This document shows positions 35,174-47,800 of a stretch of DNA of 64,000 bases, in pieces; within the stretch, counting starts at the first letter, position 1; every line of letters begins with the position of its first letter. The notes below the pieces were generated by a model. The model had not been told where the DNA came from. It was given only the letters and a program-made list of their open reading frames with translations, and ran no database searches. The position numbers were made by a program, and so were the translations under genes. This stretch comes from Selaginella moellendorffii (taxonomy: Eukaryota > Plantae > Lycopodiophyta), in contig NW_003314303.1 in assembly GCF_000143415.4 (NCBI RefSeq), positions 1,239,322 through 1,303,321 of the forward strand, in the 5' to 3' direction.

Positions 35174-36151
35174 TCAAGACTTTGGCAGTGGCTTCTCGAC
35201 GATTTCTCGACCGAGTGGCGAGGGACCAGACGCCTTGGCGACCCTGTCATTCACACAATGATGGAACTCCACAGCCGCCATCGCTGGGCTCTCGTCGCAA
35301 GTTTTGCAAGGGAATCGAGCTGGTGGGGGTGTTGTCAGACTCTCCACGAGCCTTTGATGAGGAGCACCCGGAGCTCTAGCATCCTCCAAGTCGAGCTTGA
35401 GAAGATTGAGGTCGTCGCGTAGAACGCTGGAGGGGGAGATGCTCGCGACCGACGAGGAGCCATGATCGCCTGGATCATCAGCTTGTGGTGGTGGATCGCT
35501 GGAAGAGGAGCGAGCTTGCGAAGGTGGTGGAGGAGCTTGCGCCGGTGAGGACGAGCCTTTATCGCCTCGAGGTTGTGATGGTAGTGATGGCCATGGATCG
35601 CTAGATGGTGTATAGACAAGCTTGCGAGCGACTGAAGATCCGGCCACGGCTTCCGCGGCTGTGCGCTTCCAGATCATGGTAGTCCGCGAAGTTGTAGAGG
35701 TGGACGACGCTCGAAGCCTCGTTTCACGAAGCTCTGCATTGGGCTGATCCGGCTCGTCCGTCAAGGATGCGGAGCGCGCCGAGGATGATAATCGAGCGCT
35801 TCGTCTCTCTCTCTTGGTTCTCTTGCGGCTGGCGTGGAAGTGGCTGCCGCCATCCAGGCTGGGGTGGTGGTGGCTGACGATGAGGCCAAAGTTTGTGTTC
35901 TCGTTGATGTAGAATCGCTGGGGCCTGGGATTGTCCTCCGTGACGTCGTTTGGCGATCGCTGGGAGACGAGATAGATGCAGAGATCGCTGGCGGTGATCC
36001 CGATCAGGCGGCTCATCTGGGATTGGAACTTGGCGAAGGAGAGGAGTGGATGGATCCCAATGTGGCCTTTCAAGTGATCCTTCTCGCCGTCGCGGAAGAG
36101 CACTGGGTATGGCGTCGCAAAGCTGTCCATTGTTCTGTAGAGGAAGGCCAT
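35174..36151 (-). CDS. Conserved plant protein of unknown function (DUF7138-like), intronless
   Basis: N-terminal YPVLFRDGE..IGIHPLLSFAKFQSQMSRLIGI and C-terminal CxxC...FHHCVND. Confidence 0.7.
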   Translation of the reverse strand: MAFLYRTMDSFATPYPVLFRDGEKDHLKGHIGIHPLLSFAKFQSQMSRLIGITASDLCIYLVSQRSPNDVTEDNPRPQRFYINENTNFGLIVSHHHPSLDGGSHFHASRKRTKRERRSARLSSSARSASLTDEPDQPNAELRETRLRASSTSTTSRTTMIWKRTAAEAVAGSSVARKLVYTPSSDPWPSLPSQPRGDKGSSSPAQAPPPPSQARSSSSDPPPQADDPGDHGSSSVASISPSSVLRDDLNLLKLDLEDARAPGAPHQRLVESLTTPPPARFPCKTCDESPAMAAVEFHHCVNDRVAKASGPSPLGREIVEKPLPKS

Positions 36152-36476
36152 TCACGTACCCCATGCTGGAATCTTTGCATAAAATATGAAACGATGCGTC
36201 ATACGATTATGCTCGATGTGCATGATAAGAATAAATATAAAAGTTTAAAACATTTCTTGTTATATTTTGCAATGTCATCGTTTGTATGGTTTTTAAACAA
36301 AAGAAGTAATCAATAAGCCTACTTGACTTCTTATTAAAACCAATATATAACAAGCGAAAGAACTGGTCAACGGCGACCAAGGACTGGGAACTATGTTAAT
36401 ACATATATATAACATACAAAGGAAGTGGTCAACATAGTCCAAGGAGTCAAACAAGGACTGAGAACTCCAACTTGCA

Positions 36477-38139
36477 TTAGATCGAGCAACTTCGCGTGTG
36501 ATCGAAATGAAAGAGAGTTTGCGACCCTTCCTTCATTCCTACAATGATCTCCCACAAGCTCCCAACAAAGCCCAGAACCGTGATTGTCACCCCAAGAACG
36601 ATGCAGGCCTGTGAAACAAAGAATGTTTAGAGAGTTTCTCCAAGGATTTGAGTGGAGCAATACCATGTTTGCGAGCCAGGAAAGGCTGAGTGGCTCGGGC
36701 CGCTTGATTCGAAGCCAAAATAGGCACGGCACCTGCGAGCAAGACAATGCAAATCGATTGTAGCGTAAGTACCTGGCAGCGTAGCCGCGACCAAGGCTCG
36801 TACAAAGTATGACGACGGGGCGATGACAAGGCCGCCAACCAGCGCGATTATATTCTTGAAGAAGGGGAAGAGAACTGCGACGAAGCATGTACAAGCTGCC
36901 AGGAAGAAAATCTCCAAAAGTCAAGCAAAGCTGCTGCGTGAGAAGTCTGGCATCCTTTTTCTTACCAATGTACGAGTAGCGCGCAAACACAAATGCTGGG
37001 AACTGCTTGAATGGACTCATCTTCGAGAAATGCGGCTGAAGCATCTCATAGACCGGCAGCGCGTAAACCTGGAACAAACGTTACTCGAAAAAAAAAAAAA
37101 TTAGAAACTTTAACGAGAAAACCGATGGAAGTACCTGATAAGCACCAGTGAGGTGAAGCACCAAGAACAAATTGGCTGTGTAGAAGGGCCAGCTTGGCAG
37201 ATGGCTCGAGTGGAGCAGCCGGAGCACATTACCATAGCATGACAAGTTGCCAAATGCCCAGTATCCCAGCACTGCTACGGGGATGTAGCAAAACGCAACG
37301 ATCACGTAAGTTGCCACAACTCCGTGCCACATTGCTTTCGTCGACGGTGCTCGCATCAGCGACTGTATCTCCAGCACAACGTTCTGGCCTCCATACGCGA
37401 AAGCAATCTGTCCAAAGGCATTGAAGGTCTTGGAAACCCTCCTTTTATTCGGGATGTCGTAGGATATAGCAGCAGAGCGGCGATCATGTAGGTGGATGGC
37501 GCTTCCCCAGATGATGGTGGTGTACCTAGAGAGAACGAAAACGTAAGTTCAGCGAAACGTAGTTTTTCATGATCTTACCCGATGGACATGAGCACGGCGA
37601 GCGTCGACACCCAAGTCAACGAGGAGAAATTGGGAATGAGGCAGACGGCGAGTTGTGTCGCGGCAAAGACTAGAATGGCTTGGAAATCTCTGAGGCCACC
37701 GTTTGCGATCAGAGAGATCGCATGTCCGCCTGTCACCAAGTAAGCGGTGTTCACAGAAACTTGAAGAATCATCTGCAGAGCAAATGCGAAGTACCAGCCA
37801 CCCCGACCGAATGCTTTTCCTCCCAAGTCGGGAAACCTGTCTATTCTCTCATCTTCCAAGTGATGGAGCTGAACCATTTGCCACAGTGTGCAGAATGTGA
37901 TGACATAGGAGACGAGCAGCAGCGACATTCCTCCCCACCTGCAAAATCAAGTTTTCACTGAAACAATGGAAATCAAATTCGTAAACCAAGCTTGCTTACC
38001 ATCCCAAGTAGACCATCGCGGACGGAATTCCCAAAACTCCAGCGCCAATTATCGTCGTTACCAAGTGCACAGTTGAGTACCACCATCTTCCGTCGTGAGC
38101 TCCTCCCTGGAGAGCTCTGAACAAGGAAGAAGCGGGCAT
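36477..38139 (-). CDS. Amino-acid transporter, LHT-like (AAAP family)
   Basis: Reads [59 protein letters not shown] and [13 protein letters not shown]. Confidence 0.9.
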
Positions 38140-38473
38140 CTTCTTCCAAGAGTACTTGCCTGTCGGTCTCTACACTTAATTTCGATTCCCGAGCTATACT
38201 GAGAATCCTGTACTTATCTTCCGAGCTTTTCCGAGCTCTTCACTGTCCCACGGGCTTTTGTGCTGTCGCTGGTTGTGTAGCTAGAACGTATTGACTTCTT
38301 CTAGCCAAAAACATTATTTGACTTTCTCTCTCTCGGAATCTTATTCTACGTATCGCAACACGTCCGAGTCGCTAGGCTCTGTTCAACAATTTGTTTCGTG
38401 CGCAAAAGTATACATATTTAGTACCTGGCTGTACAAGAGGCGTAGAAATTTGATTTCTTTGCACATTTCGATC

Positions 38474-41400
38474 TTAAGCAGTAGCCACCCGCTCTTCAGC
38501 GGGTGTAGCATCCCCGTTAATAAGGGTGCACACAAGGTTGCGATCACCATATACATTGTCAACACGACCTGTGGAATTTACCACCTTCAGTAAAAAAAAG
38601 TGAAAGCTTTACTGAGTCTTACCAGTTGACGGCCAAAACTTCGAGCTTTCAACCCATGTGGCCGGGTAAGCAGCCAGCTTGCGGGAGTAGGGCTTGTTCC
38701 ACTTGTCCGACAGGACCATAGAGGCAGAATGAGGCGCTCCCTGAAATCAAAAGCAATAAAATAAGAAATGCTTTGACACAGTCGTGAAGTGAAGTTCACC
38801 TTTAGGACGTTGTCCGCAGCGTTACATGTGCCATTTTCTATGGCTCGTATCTCCTCTCGGATCGAGATCATTGCGTCACAGAAGCGGTCCAGCTCCGCCT
38901 GTGAGACAAACATGATGAATACATGCATAAACAAAACCAGGATGACATATTGCTGTACCTTGCTCTCGCTTTCTGTTGGTTCGATCATCAATGTCCCATG
39001 AACTGGCCAAGACATAGTTGGCGCATGAAAGCCGTAGTCGATTAGACGCTTTGCAACGTCTTCAGGCTCTATATTTGCTGTCGCCTGTACAGGTAATCAC
39101 CAACAGTTAACCCCGTCTTCAATTAGCAATGGAACGTCACCTTGAATGCTCTCAAATCAACTATGAACTCGTGAGCACAGGTTCCATTTTTGCCTCGGAA
39201 CAAAATACGATAATGATTCTACAGGAAAGAAAAAATAGCTTTCAGCAAATGCCACTTGGTGAGAGACCTAGTACCTCGAGACGCTTGGCCATATAATTGG
39301 CGTTGAGTATCGCCAGCTTTGACGCGCTGGTAAGGCCCTCTGAGCCCATCATTGCAATGTATGTATAGGAAATCGGAAGAATCAACGCAGAACCCCAAGG
39401 TGCCGCTGAAATTGTACCCAGGGGTTGTGCTTTTTCTGAACTTGGTGGTATACCGCCAGTCGATACCTGTTAGGAACTCAATGTTACTGAAAGAAAAAAA
39501 CAACCAAGAAAACAGAAAGAAAAAACATACCACCGGATGAGACGGTAAAAACGGCGTCAAGTGTTTTTTCACTCCAATTGGACCCATTCCTGGGCCACCA
39601 CCTCCATGAGGTATACAGAATGTCTTGTGGAGATTCAAGTGACAGACATCTGCTCCGATGAATCCAGGACTTGTAAGGCCAACCTGTGAATGATAAATTA
39701 GTTATTTGTTAAAAAAAAAAAAACAAGTCATACCTGTGCGTTCATATTAGCACCATCCATGTACACCTGACCTCCATTTTTATGAATTATGTCGCATATG
39801 TCATCGATGCCGTCTTCATACACGCCATGAGTAGAAGGATATGTAACCTGTGAATTGCAACGTTAACTATATCCAGGAAATGGAACCAGACATACCATTA
39901 ACGCAGAAAGGTTATCCTTGTTCGCTTCGGCTGCCTGTTTCAGTTCTGCTATATCAACGTTTCCATTAGCATCTGTACCGATCGAGACGATCTTCATGCC
40001 GCACATGGCTGCACTGGCAGGGTTTGTCCCATGAGCTGACACTGGGATGATACAAACGTTCCGATGGCCTTCCCCTTTCGCCTGTAAAATGCAGTTATAA
40101 AAACTTATTGCTACCAATAAGAACTGATTACCTTCTGATAAGCACGAATCACCATCAAACCTGTATATTCACCCGCGGCACCAGCATTCGGCTGCAAAGA
40201 GACGGAATCAAAGCCTGTGATTTCACATAGAAAGTCTCCAAGATTTTTGAACATTTCCTGTGAGAAAGCAGAAGCGTTACAACGTCGAATAGAAAGAAAA
40301 TGAGCACTCGACTAACCTGATAACCACCAGTTTGATCGAGAGGAGCAAAAGGATGAATGTTGGCAAACTCAGGAAACGTAACCGGCATCATCTCAACTGT
40401 GGCATTCAGCTTCATGGTGCAGGACCCCAACGGGATCATGCTGTGGACTAGGGACAAATCCTTGGCTTGAATTCTATGCAGGTAACGAAGAAGCTCGTGC
40501 TCGGAGTGATATCTGTAAAAATAAACATAAAGATCGGATGCAACTAAAACAATAATACTTACGAGTTGAAAATGGGATGTGTCAGGTAAGCACTCTCACG
40601 GACCATTTCCTTTGGCAATGACGATCCCGCAGATGGTGCAAGCGATTCGGCAGTAAAATTTACCTGTAAGTTTTTTATTTAATACAACCAAACAAAAAAC
40701 AGAGAACATACCCGTTTTCCTTTAGCAAATACTTTGAACAAGTTATCTACATCTTCAAGAGTGATTGTCTCATCAAAGGCCACGGTAACCTGGACGAAAA
40801 AAATTAAGAGGAAACGAATTATAGCAGCATGAGAATCAAAACGATAGTTACCGTATTCGCGTCTAAGACACGCAAATTGATTCCTTCTTTCGCAGCCGTC
40901 TCCGCCAAAGAGGATGCATTCGAAGCGGAAACTTTGACAGTATCAAAGAAAGGGTCGCTACCGACTTGATAACCAAGTTTTTTCACTCCCTCAGAAAACA
41001 CCGTTGCCAGTCCATGTACCCGATCTGCTATAGCCTTCAAACCCTCTGGTCCATGGTACACAGCATACATAGCGGACATATTTGCCAAAAGAGCCTATAA
41101 CAACACAAGAGAAATCATGAGATGATGAAGCAACACATATGAACAAAAACCAAAACCATACCTGGGCCGTGCAAATGTTGCTGGTGGCTTTGTCACGTCT
41201 TATGTGCTGCTCACGAGTTTGCAAAGCCATACGGAGTGCCGGCTTTCCATTGGAATCAACACTGACTCCAATGATACGTCCCGGCATCATCCGCTTGTAT
41301 TCCTGCGAGGTGGCCAGGAACGCAGCATGCGGTCCACCGTATCCCAGAGGCACTCCAAATCTCTGTGCCGACCCAACAGCCATATCGGCTCCAATCTCCC

Positions 41401-42382
41401 CTGGAGGCTTCAAGCACGTAAGTGCTAGCAAGTCAGTCGCCACCACCACCTTTACTCCATTCGCATGAGCGCTCGAAATCAAGCTGGCGTAGTCCGTGAT
41501 ACTACCATCGGTCGCAGGATACTGGACGAGAACACCGCAAACGTCCTTGGAGAACTCAAACTTGTCGGGATCCACGATCGAAGCAGTCATCCCGAGACCA
41601 TCCGCGCGAGTGACGCAAACATCGATCGTCTGGGGGTGGCAGTTGCTAGCGATCAAGAACTTGGGCCTCTTCCTACTCCCGATGTTGAGACACATTCCCA
41701 TGGCCTCGGCAGCAGCGGTTCCTTCGTCGAGTAGCGAAGCGTTGGACATCGGCAAGCCCGTGAGCTCGGCGATCATGGTCTGGTAATTGAGAAGCGACTC
41801 CAATCTTCCCTGGGCGATCTCGGCCTGGTAAGGTGTGTACTGCGTGTACCATCCCGGATTCTCCATGATGTTGCGAAGGATCACGGGCGGGACGATGGTG
41901 TTGTAGTAGCCCATTCCAATGTAGGACTTGGCGATCTTGTTCTTGGCAGCCAGATATTTCATGTGGTCGATCATCTGGCTCTCTGTCAATCCCTCATGGA
42001 ACTTGCCTGGCAGCGACATCGGCCCCCGCTTGATCGGCTTTGGAACCGTGGCCTCCACAAGCTCATCCATGCTCGAGAATCCCACGACCTCGGCCATTAC
42101 CTTTTGCTCCTCCGCGCTGGATCCGTTGTGGCGCCGGGGAAAGGTATCGCTCGGACGCAGCGCCTCCACGGAGATGGATCTTGCGGACCATGGCAGCAGC
42201 GGCCGGGCGAGGAAAGATTTCGAGCTGCCGCCGCTGGCGCATTGGAATCCGGTGAACGATCCCTGCAAGAGCGATGCCGAGGGCAAGAGCGGCGCCGGCC
42301 GGATCGACGACGAAGAATGGAGTCGCCGATACAGCGATCGCTCCTGCTTCAAGCGCCGGATCACCCGGCCCGCCTTCTCCAT
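38474..42382 (-). CDS. GLDP: Glycine decarboxylase P-protein, mitochondrial
   Basis: Transit peptide, then [70 protein letters not shown] (PLP lysine) and [11 protein letters not shown]. Confidence 0.97.
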
Positions 42383-42920
42383 CGCGTCGACCGTGCCGCT
42401 CCCACAAACCCTAGACGCCGAGAACACAGTGACCGCCTATCGTAGAGCTCATGAGGGAGAGCACCAGCCAACTTAGCCGAAGATCTCCGTCACCCTAACG
42501 GAGATGCGGCCACGCGGCAGCCCAAGACTCCTCCACGTGGCAAAACCGTCCTGCTGACAGAGGAGCTCCGTCCGATGGAACAGAGTCCGTCCCCTCGCCC
42601 AGGCCACTCATACTCCCGGAAACTTGGAAACCATAGAAAAATTGTGGGATAAGAGAATTTAGAAAGACTTCACACTATCAAAATGTGCGTCCTCCTCTTT
42701 TCCACCTACAATGTATGTGATCCTCCGCTCACAGCCACCACTCATCTACCAGTCCATGTATGGCGTGAAATAATCCATAGCGATATAAAAAAAAATTCCT
42801 TGATTTTTCTGCTATAGCCTTCGAACATAACTATAGAAAACGATGTGATCCTGTGTGACTTTATAAGAATAGTGTGTTTAGCCAGCACAAACAAAAAAGA
42901 GTTACATATGATGTGAAAGC

Positions 42921-44592
42921 TTATTGTTTCATAAAGAGCGAGATGATGTTCTTCTTCACTGTCAACTCGTCGGCCTTGGAGGGATTCACGGCCTGGAAAC
43001 AAATTGTGTGAGCGTTACAAGGCTTTTTGTGAAGAACAGCAAAGGAAAAAGAAGCTTACCCCTGACAATAGCCTGCTTAAGCGCTCGTGTTCCTTGGCTG
43101 GATACTCCTCGCCCTTGGAAGCGATGCTCTTGAGGACTTTCGTGTAGATTGCGCCATATCTTCACGAAACGAAACAGCGTGAGAACCTCTAGCCCGTAAT
43201 TTTGATCCAAGGATCTTACCCAGCGTCCGAGCCCTCTAGCTTGGCGATGGCTTCATGCAACTTTGTGGAGAGAGATTCCCGCTCGTCAGCTTTGGCAGCT
43301 ACGAACTCCTGGACAATGTCTTCTAGACTAGAGACAGTTCCGGCCTACAGGAAACGCGTACACGTTAGAAAATCTTTGCATTCAGCTGGACAAGAACTTA
43401 CCTTGTCAGTGAGAGCACCTTTGGAATCACGGTAAGTGCCACACTTCTCATTCAAAAACTCCACGAACTCGTCAACCGAGCGCGCATCACAATCCTCCCC
43501 AGCCTTGTTGGCTTTGGGAAAGAACTTCAGCGTTGGGTAGCCACTTACGTCATATCTGCAAGAACCAATGTGAAAGTGAGTTTGAGTTCACAATGAAGCA
43601 TCAAACACTTACTTGGTTGCTAGATCCTTGTGAGCATCCGCGTCAAGCTTTGCCACGATCACATTCTTCTCGGCCTTATATGCGGTTGCGACAGACTCAT
43701 AAGCCTAGAGAAGAAACACGTCAATGCAACATTTATAAGACGCATAAAAGCCAATTGAGTCATACCGGAGCCAAGGATTTGCAGTGTCCACACCTGAAAA
43801 GAGACAAGTTTTTTTCGTTTTCGCTTCCTTGCGAGGAATACCAAACAACTTACCAAGGAGCGTAAAATTCCACCAAAACATCCTTCGTGGGGTCGAGCAC
43901 AATCTCATCGAAATTGGCCGGGGTCAAGACGACAACCTCCGATGCCGCCACACTCAATTTCGCATTCGCACCTACAAGTGATTCGAATAAACTCAAGGTA
44001 GGAATTCTCAAAAACGCAAAAGCATACCTCCTTCTGTGTTGACGAATGCAACAAGATCCTCGGCAGTTCGTCCACCAGAGTAACTACACGAACAAGCAAA
44101 AAGTTGGCCCATTTATTCATGACGAGAAGAAAAAAAAATTTTACTCTTTGGGTGTGAGAGATCCTTTCGGAAACCACTTGAGAGTGGGATACCCGCTTAC
44201 GTCAAACTTGGAGCACAAGCTCTTGTGCGCATCGCAATCTATCTGGTTTTCATTCAACCACAAAGTTCCAATATAATCACAAATGTGAGAAAAAAACTCG
44301 CCTTTGCGATCGATAAGTGCTTGACTTTCCTAAACGCCGATCCGACCTTCTCATACTCGGGCGCTAGCTTCTTACAATGCCCACACCTGAAAAAATGCGA
44401 CCGATTCAAATGAGATCCGCCTAGATCCAACGCTTACCAGGGAGCATAAAACTCGACAAGCGCCGCCCTCTCATGCCCGACCTCGTGATCGAAATTGTCG
44501 GGCGTGAGGACGAGCACATCCGATTCCTCGCCCCGCGCAGCTCCAGCGATCACGCACAGAGCCACAAACAAGACGGCCAGCATCCTCGCCAT
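42921..44592 (-). CDS. Protein disulfide isomerase-like (two thioredoxin domains plus ERp29c; PDIL2-1/ERp38 type)
   Basis: Signal peptide, two VEFYAPW|CGHCK sites each split by an intron, and a C-terminus ending [12 protein letters not shown] without KDEL. Confidence 0.92.
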
Positions 44593-44857
44593 CGAGCTTC
44601 CACCTAACCCTAAACCACAGTGGCTCAACGAGGCAAATCCAACCGTCCGTTATCAAGATCTAAAGGCCCCTATACGTGCACCTGGCAAGCCATCATTGGG
44701 TACGACCACGTCACAAGTTAATATAAAAATTGTTTAGTTTCGGGCAGAGACTAGAACTTGGCATCTTTGTGAGAAATAACGCCCGGCATTTCTAGAGAAG
44801 TTACAAGGAAAGTTGTCCAGTATGATCTAGAAACTTACGAGTTGTGGAACTTCTCCT

Positions 44858-47800
44858 CTAGCAGCGATGTTTCGAGTGTAAGTTGTCCAGTGGCGATAGA
44901 GGGCGCCTTTGTTGATGATCTTGATGATGATCTCTGGAGGTTTTTGTACGAGGCGTACCTTCGTCCCTCGAGAGCTTCTGTGGACAATCCTTGATGAGAA
45001 AACGAAAACACACAACTGGCTACGTACCTCTTGATCTGATTCTTTGGTTTTCGTGAGCTTGGCGATGCCCGAGTGGAGCTCGGAAGGCTTACGTTTAACT
45101 GTTTCTGGTATAGGAGGCTGGAGACAAGAAGTGTGTCATGTAGTTAGAACGAGACAACGAGAAAAATGTACCTGGAGTTCTGCGAGTTGATTGTTGACAC
45201 TCTCAAGCTCCACTTTGAGCTCCACGACTTCGAGTTTTGCGGCTGTAAGGTTGCTCTCCAGTTTGTCTTGGGTCCGTCTGGCTTTGTCTCTAAAGTCGAT
45301 CAAGTCCCAGCGTGCATCTTCCAACCGCACCTCGAAGACTTCCGCCCTGGCGGACATTGCGTCGAAAGCCACTTGAAGTTTGGTTTTCGAAGTAAGAAGA
45401 GTTCGCATTTCCTGCAGTTAAACCATGTCTGTTAATAAGCCAAATTAGAAAGGCATACCCTTTCACCGCTTTGGACGGTTGCCTCGAGCTTCTCTAGCCG
45501 AAGATTATGTTGCAAAGTTCTGGTTCGAAAAAAAAAAAAAAAAAAACACGTCACAAACAAAGCTAAGATCAGAACTAATTTACCTCTCGCCTTGCAAACG
45601 TTCATCCGCTTCTGATGCCTGAAGGTGTTGATATTCTTCTTGCAGCTTCTCAAGCTTCTGGTGTTTACAATTGAGTTCCTCCGTCAGCTTCTCGATCTTC
45701 CGGTGCTCATAAGTGAGGTCGTCCGTTAGCTTCCCGATCTTCTGATGTTCAAAATTGAGTTCCTTCGTCAGGTTCTCGACTTTCTTGTGCTCACGACTCA
45801 GCTCCTCCGCGAACTTCTGGTGTTCACAATCTAGCTCCTTCGACAGCTGCTCGACTTTTTGGTGCTCACAACTGAGCTCCTCCTTCAGGCTCTCAAACTT
45901 CTGATGTTCACAATCAAGCTCCTTCGACAGGTTCTCGACTCTCTGGTGCTCAATACTGAGCTCATCGACCACCTTTTCGAGCTTGTGATGTTTACTATTG
46001 AGCTCGTCCGTCAGCTTCACTATCTGTAAAACAAAAACAATAACCAGAACTTCTGGATGAGGCAGTTACCTTTTCAGCGTGCAACGCACAAGTGTCGTTT
46101 GACGATTTCAATAATTCTTGTAGTCCCTTCACCGTTTCTTCAGTTTTTTGCTTCACAGTTTCCAACTCCTAACAACAAAATATAAATGTAAACATGAAAA
46201 ATGTAAACAAGAACGCTTACCACAATTTGTTGTTGATAAGATTCAGCTTTCAGTTCAAACTCTTGCACCATATGACCGTCTTCAAGTCTAAAAAGAAAGT
46301 TTGTTGTAGTTAAAGACAGTAAAAACTGCTGCTTACCCGCTTCGAATCTCTTTCTCGATATCTTTTTCCACTTCCGTAACCTTCTGTAAGATCGGATCAA
46401 GTTCAGCTCTAAGTTTGTCCACCTGCATCAAACATATAACTGATGAAAGACGCATAGAAATATGAGTACCGTTTGGTTCAAAGCAATCTGAAGTCGATTT
46501 TCTTTTTCTTCAAGTGTTTCTTCCAGCTTTTTGAGCTCCAAATGCAGGCTGTTCTCTACTGCCTCCATCCGTATGCTCTTGTCAATCTAATAAAAGTAAA
46601 ACATCAGAACACCCAGCAGAAAATTGACTAACCTCAGAAGACAAAGCTTGTATCTTATTGCTCAAAGCAGAACATTCGCCTTCTTTCTCCTCAATCGCAT
46701 GTCTTCTTGCAGCAGATACAGCCTTTTCTTCTTCTAGTTTATAATAGACGTCTGTGAGTTCCTGCAAAACTGAACACTTCATATTCAATCAAAATGATTG
46801 CAACCTTACCACTACCAAGTCCTGTTTAGCCTCTTCTTGCATCTGCAAGGAAGCATTACGTTCTTGAAGTTGACGATTCTGCAACAGTGTACAGGTTTAC
46901 GTCAAGTGAATCTAAAGGTATACCAAACATACCAAGTCCTCATAGGCTTGTTGAAGCTCATCCACCTGTAATCTACTTGCTCCGCATTGTTCTGTTGCAG
47001 CTCTAAGTTCGATAGCAGTGTTATTTGCTGAACTGACTGCTTTTTCACGCTCCTCTTTCAAAAGTGTGATTTCTTCTGCCGCAGCTTCGACTTGCTTTTC
47101 TAACTGCATTATAGTGCTTCTAGCTTCCAGCAGCGAAGTTTCCACCTCATGATAAGCACCCTGCCAGGGCAGTTATTAATATAGAAGTTCTGCATGGAAT
47201 GAAGCCTCTTACCTGCAACACTTGCAACTCAAAACTCGTCTTTTCCAAATCTACAGCTTTTTGTTGTAGTGCATCCTCGACACAACTCAACTGATGCTTC
47301 GCTTTGTTGAAGCATGCCATAGAGTCACGTCTTTTATCCGCAAGAGATTCCTTTCTGTCTATATCCCGTTGAAGCAACGTACTCTGACTTCGAAGAGTTT
47401 TTAATTCTCTATCAAAGTTTGCTTTTTCAGCCTACAAAGCAGATGAGCGATGCTTACAGAGAAAAAGATATTTCAAACACTTACCTCTAGTTTGCTTTTA
47501 TCCTGTAAAGTTGTTCTCAGCTTAGCCTCGGTTTCTTTCAGTTTCGTCTTGGACTTTTCAAGCTCCTTTCGCAAACTGTCTTTCTCTTTCTCAGATGGAA
47601 GAGCCTTTACACCCGAAAGATCCTTCTGCAGAGCTAGAATTTCGAGTTTCAGTTTAGAACATTCATCCTCATGGTCAACCTGCAGTAAATATCAGATTCG
47701 TGCCAGTATGCAAGAGAACAAGCTGACCTCGGATTTTTTCGTTGCATCCAGCGCTGCAGCTTCGAGCTCAATTATTCGAGCCTCTGCCAGAGTTATTTGA

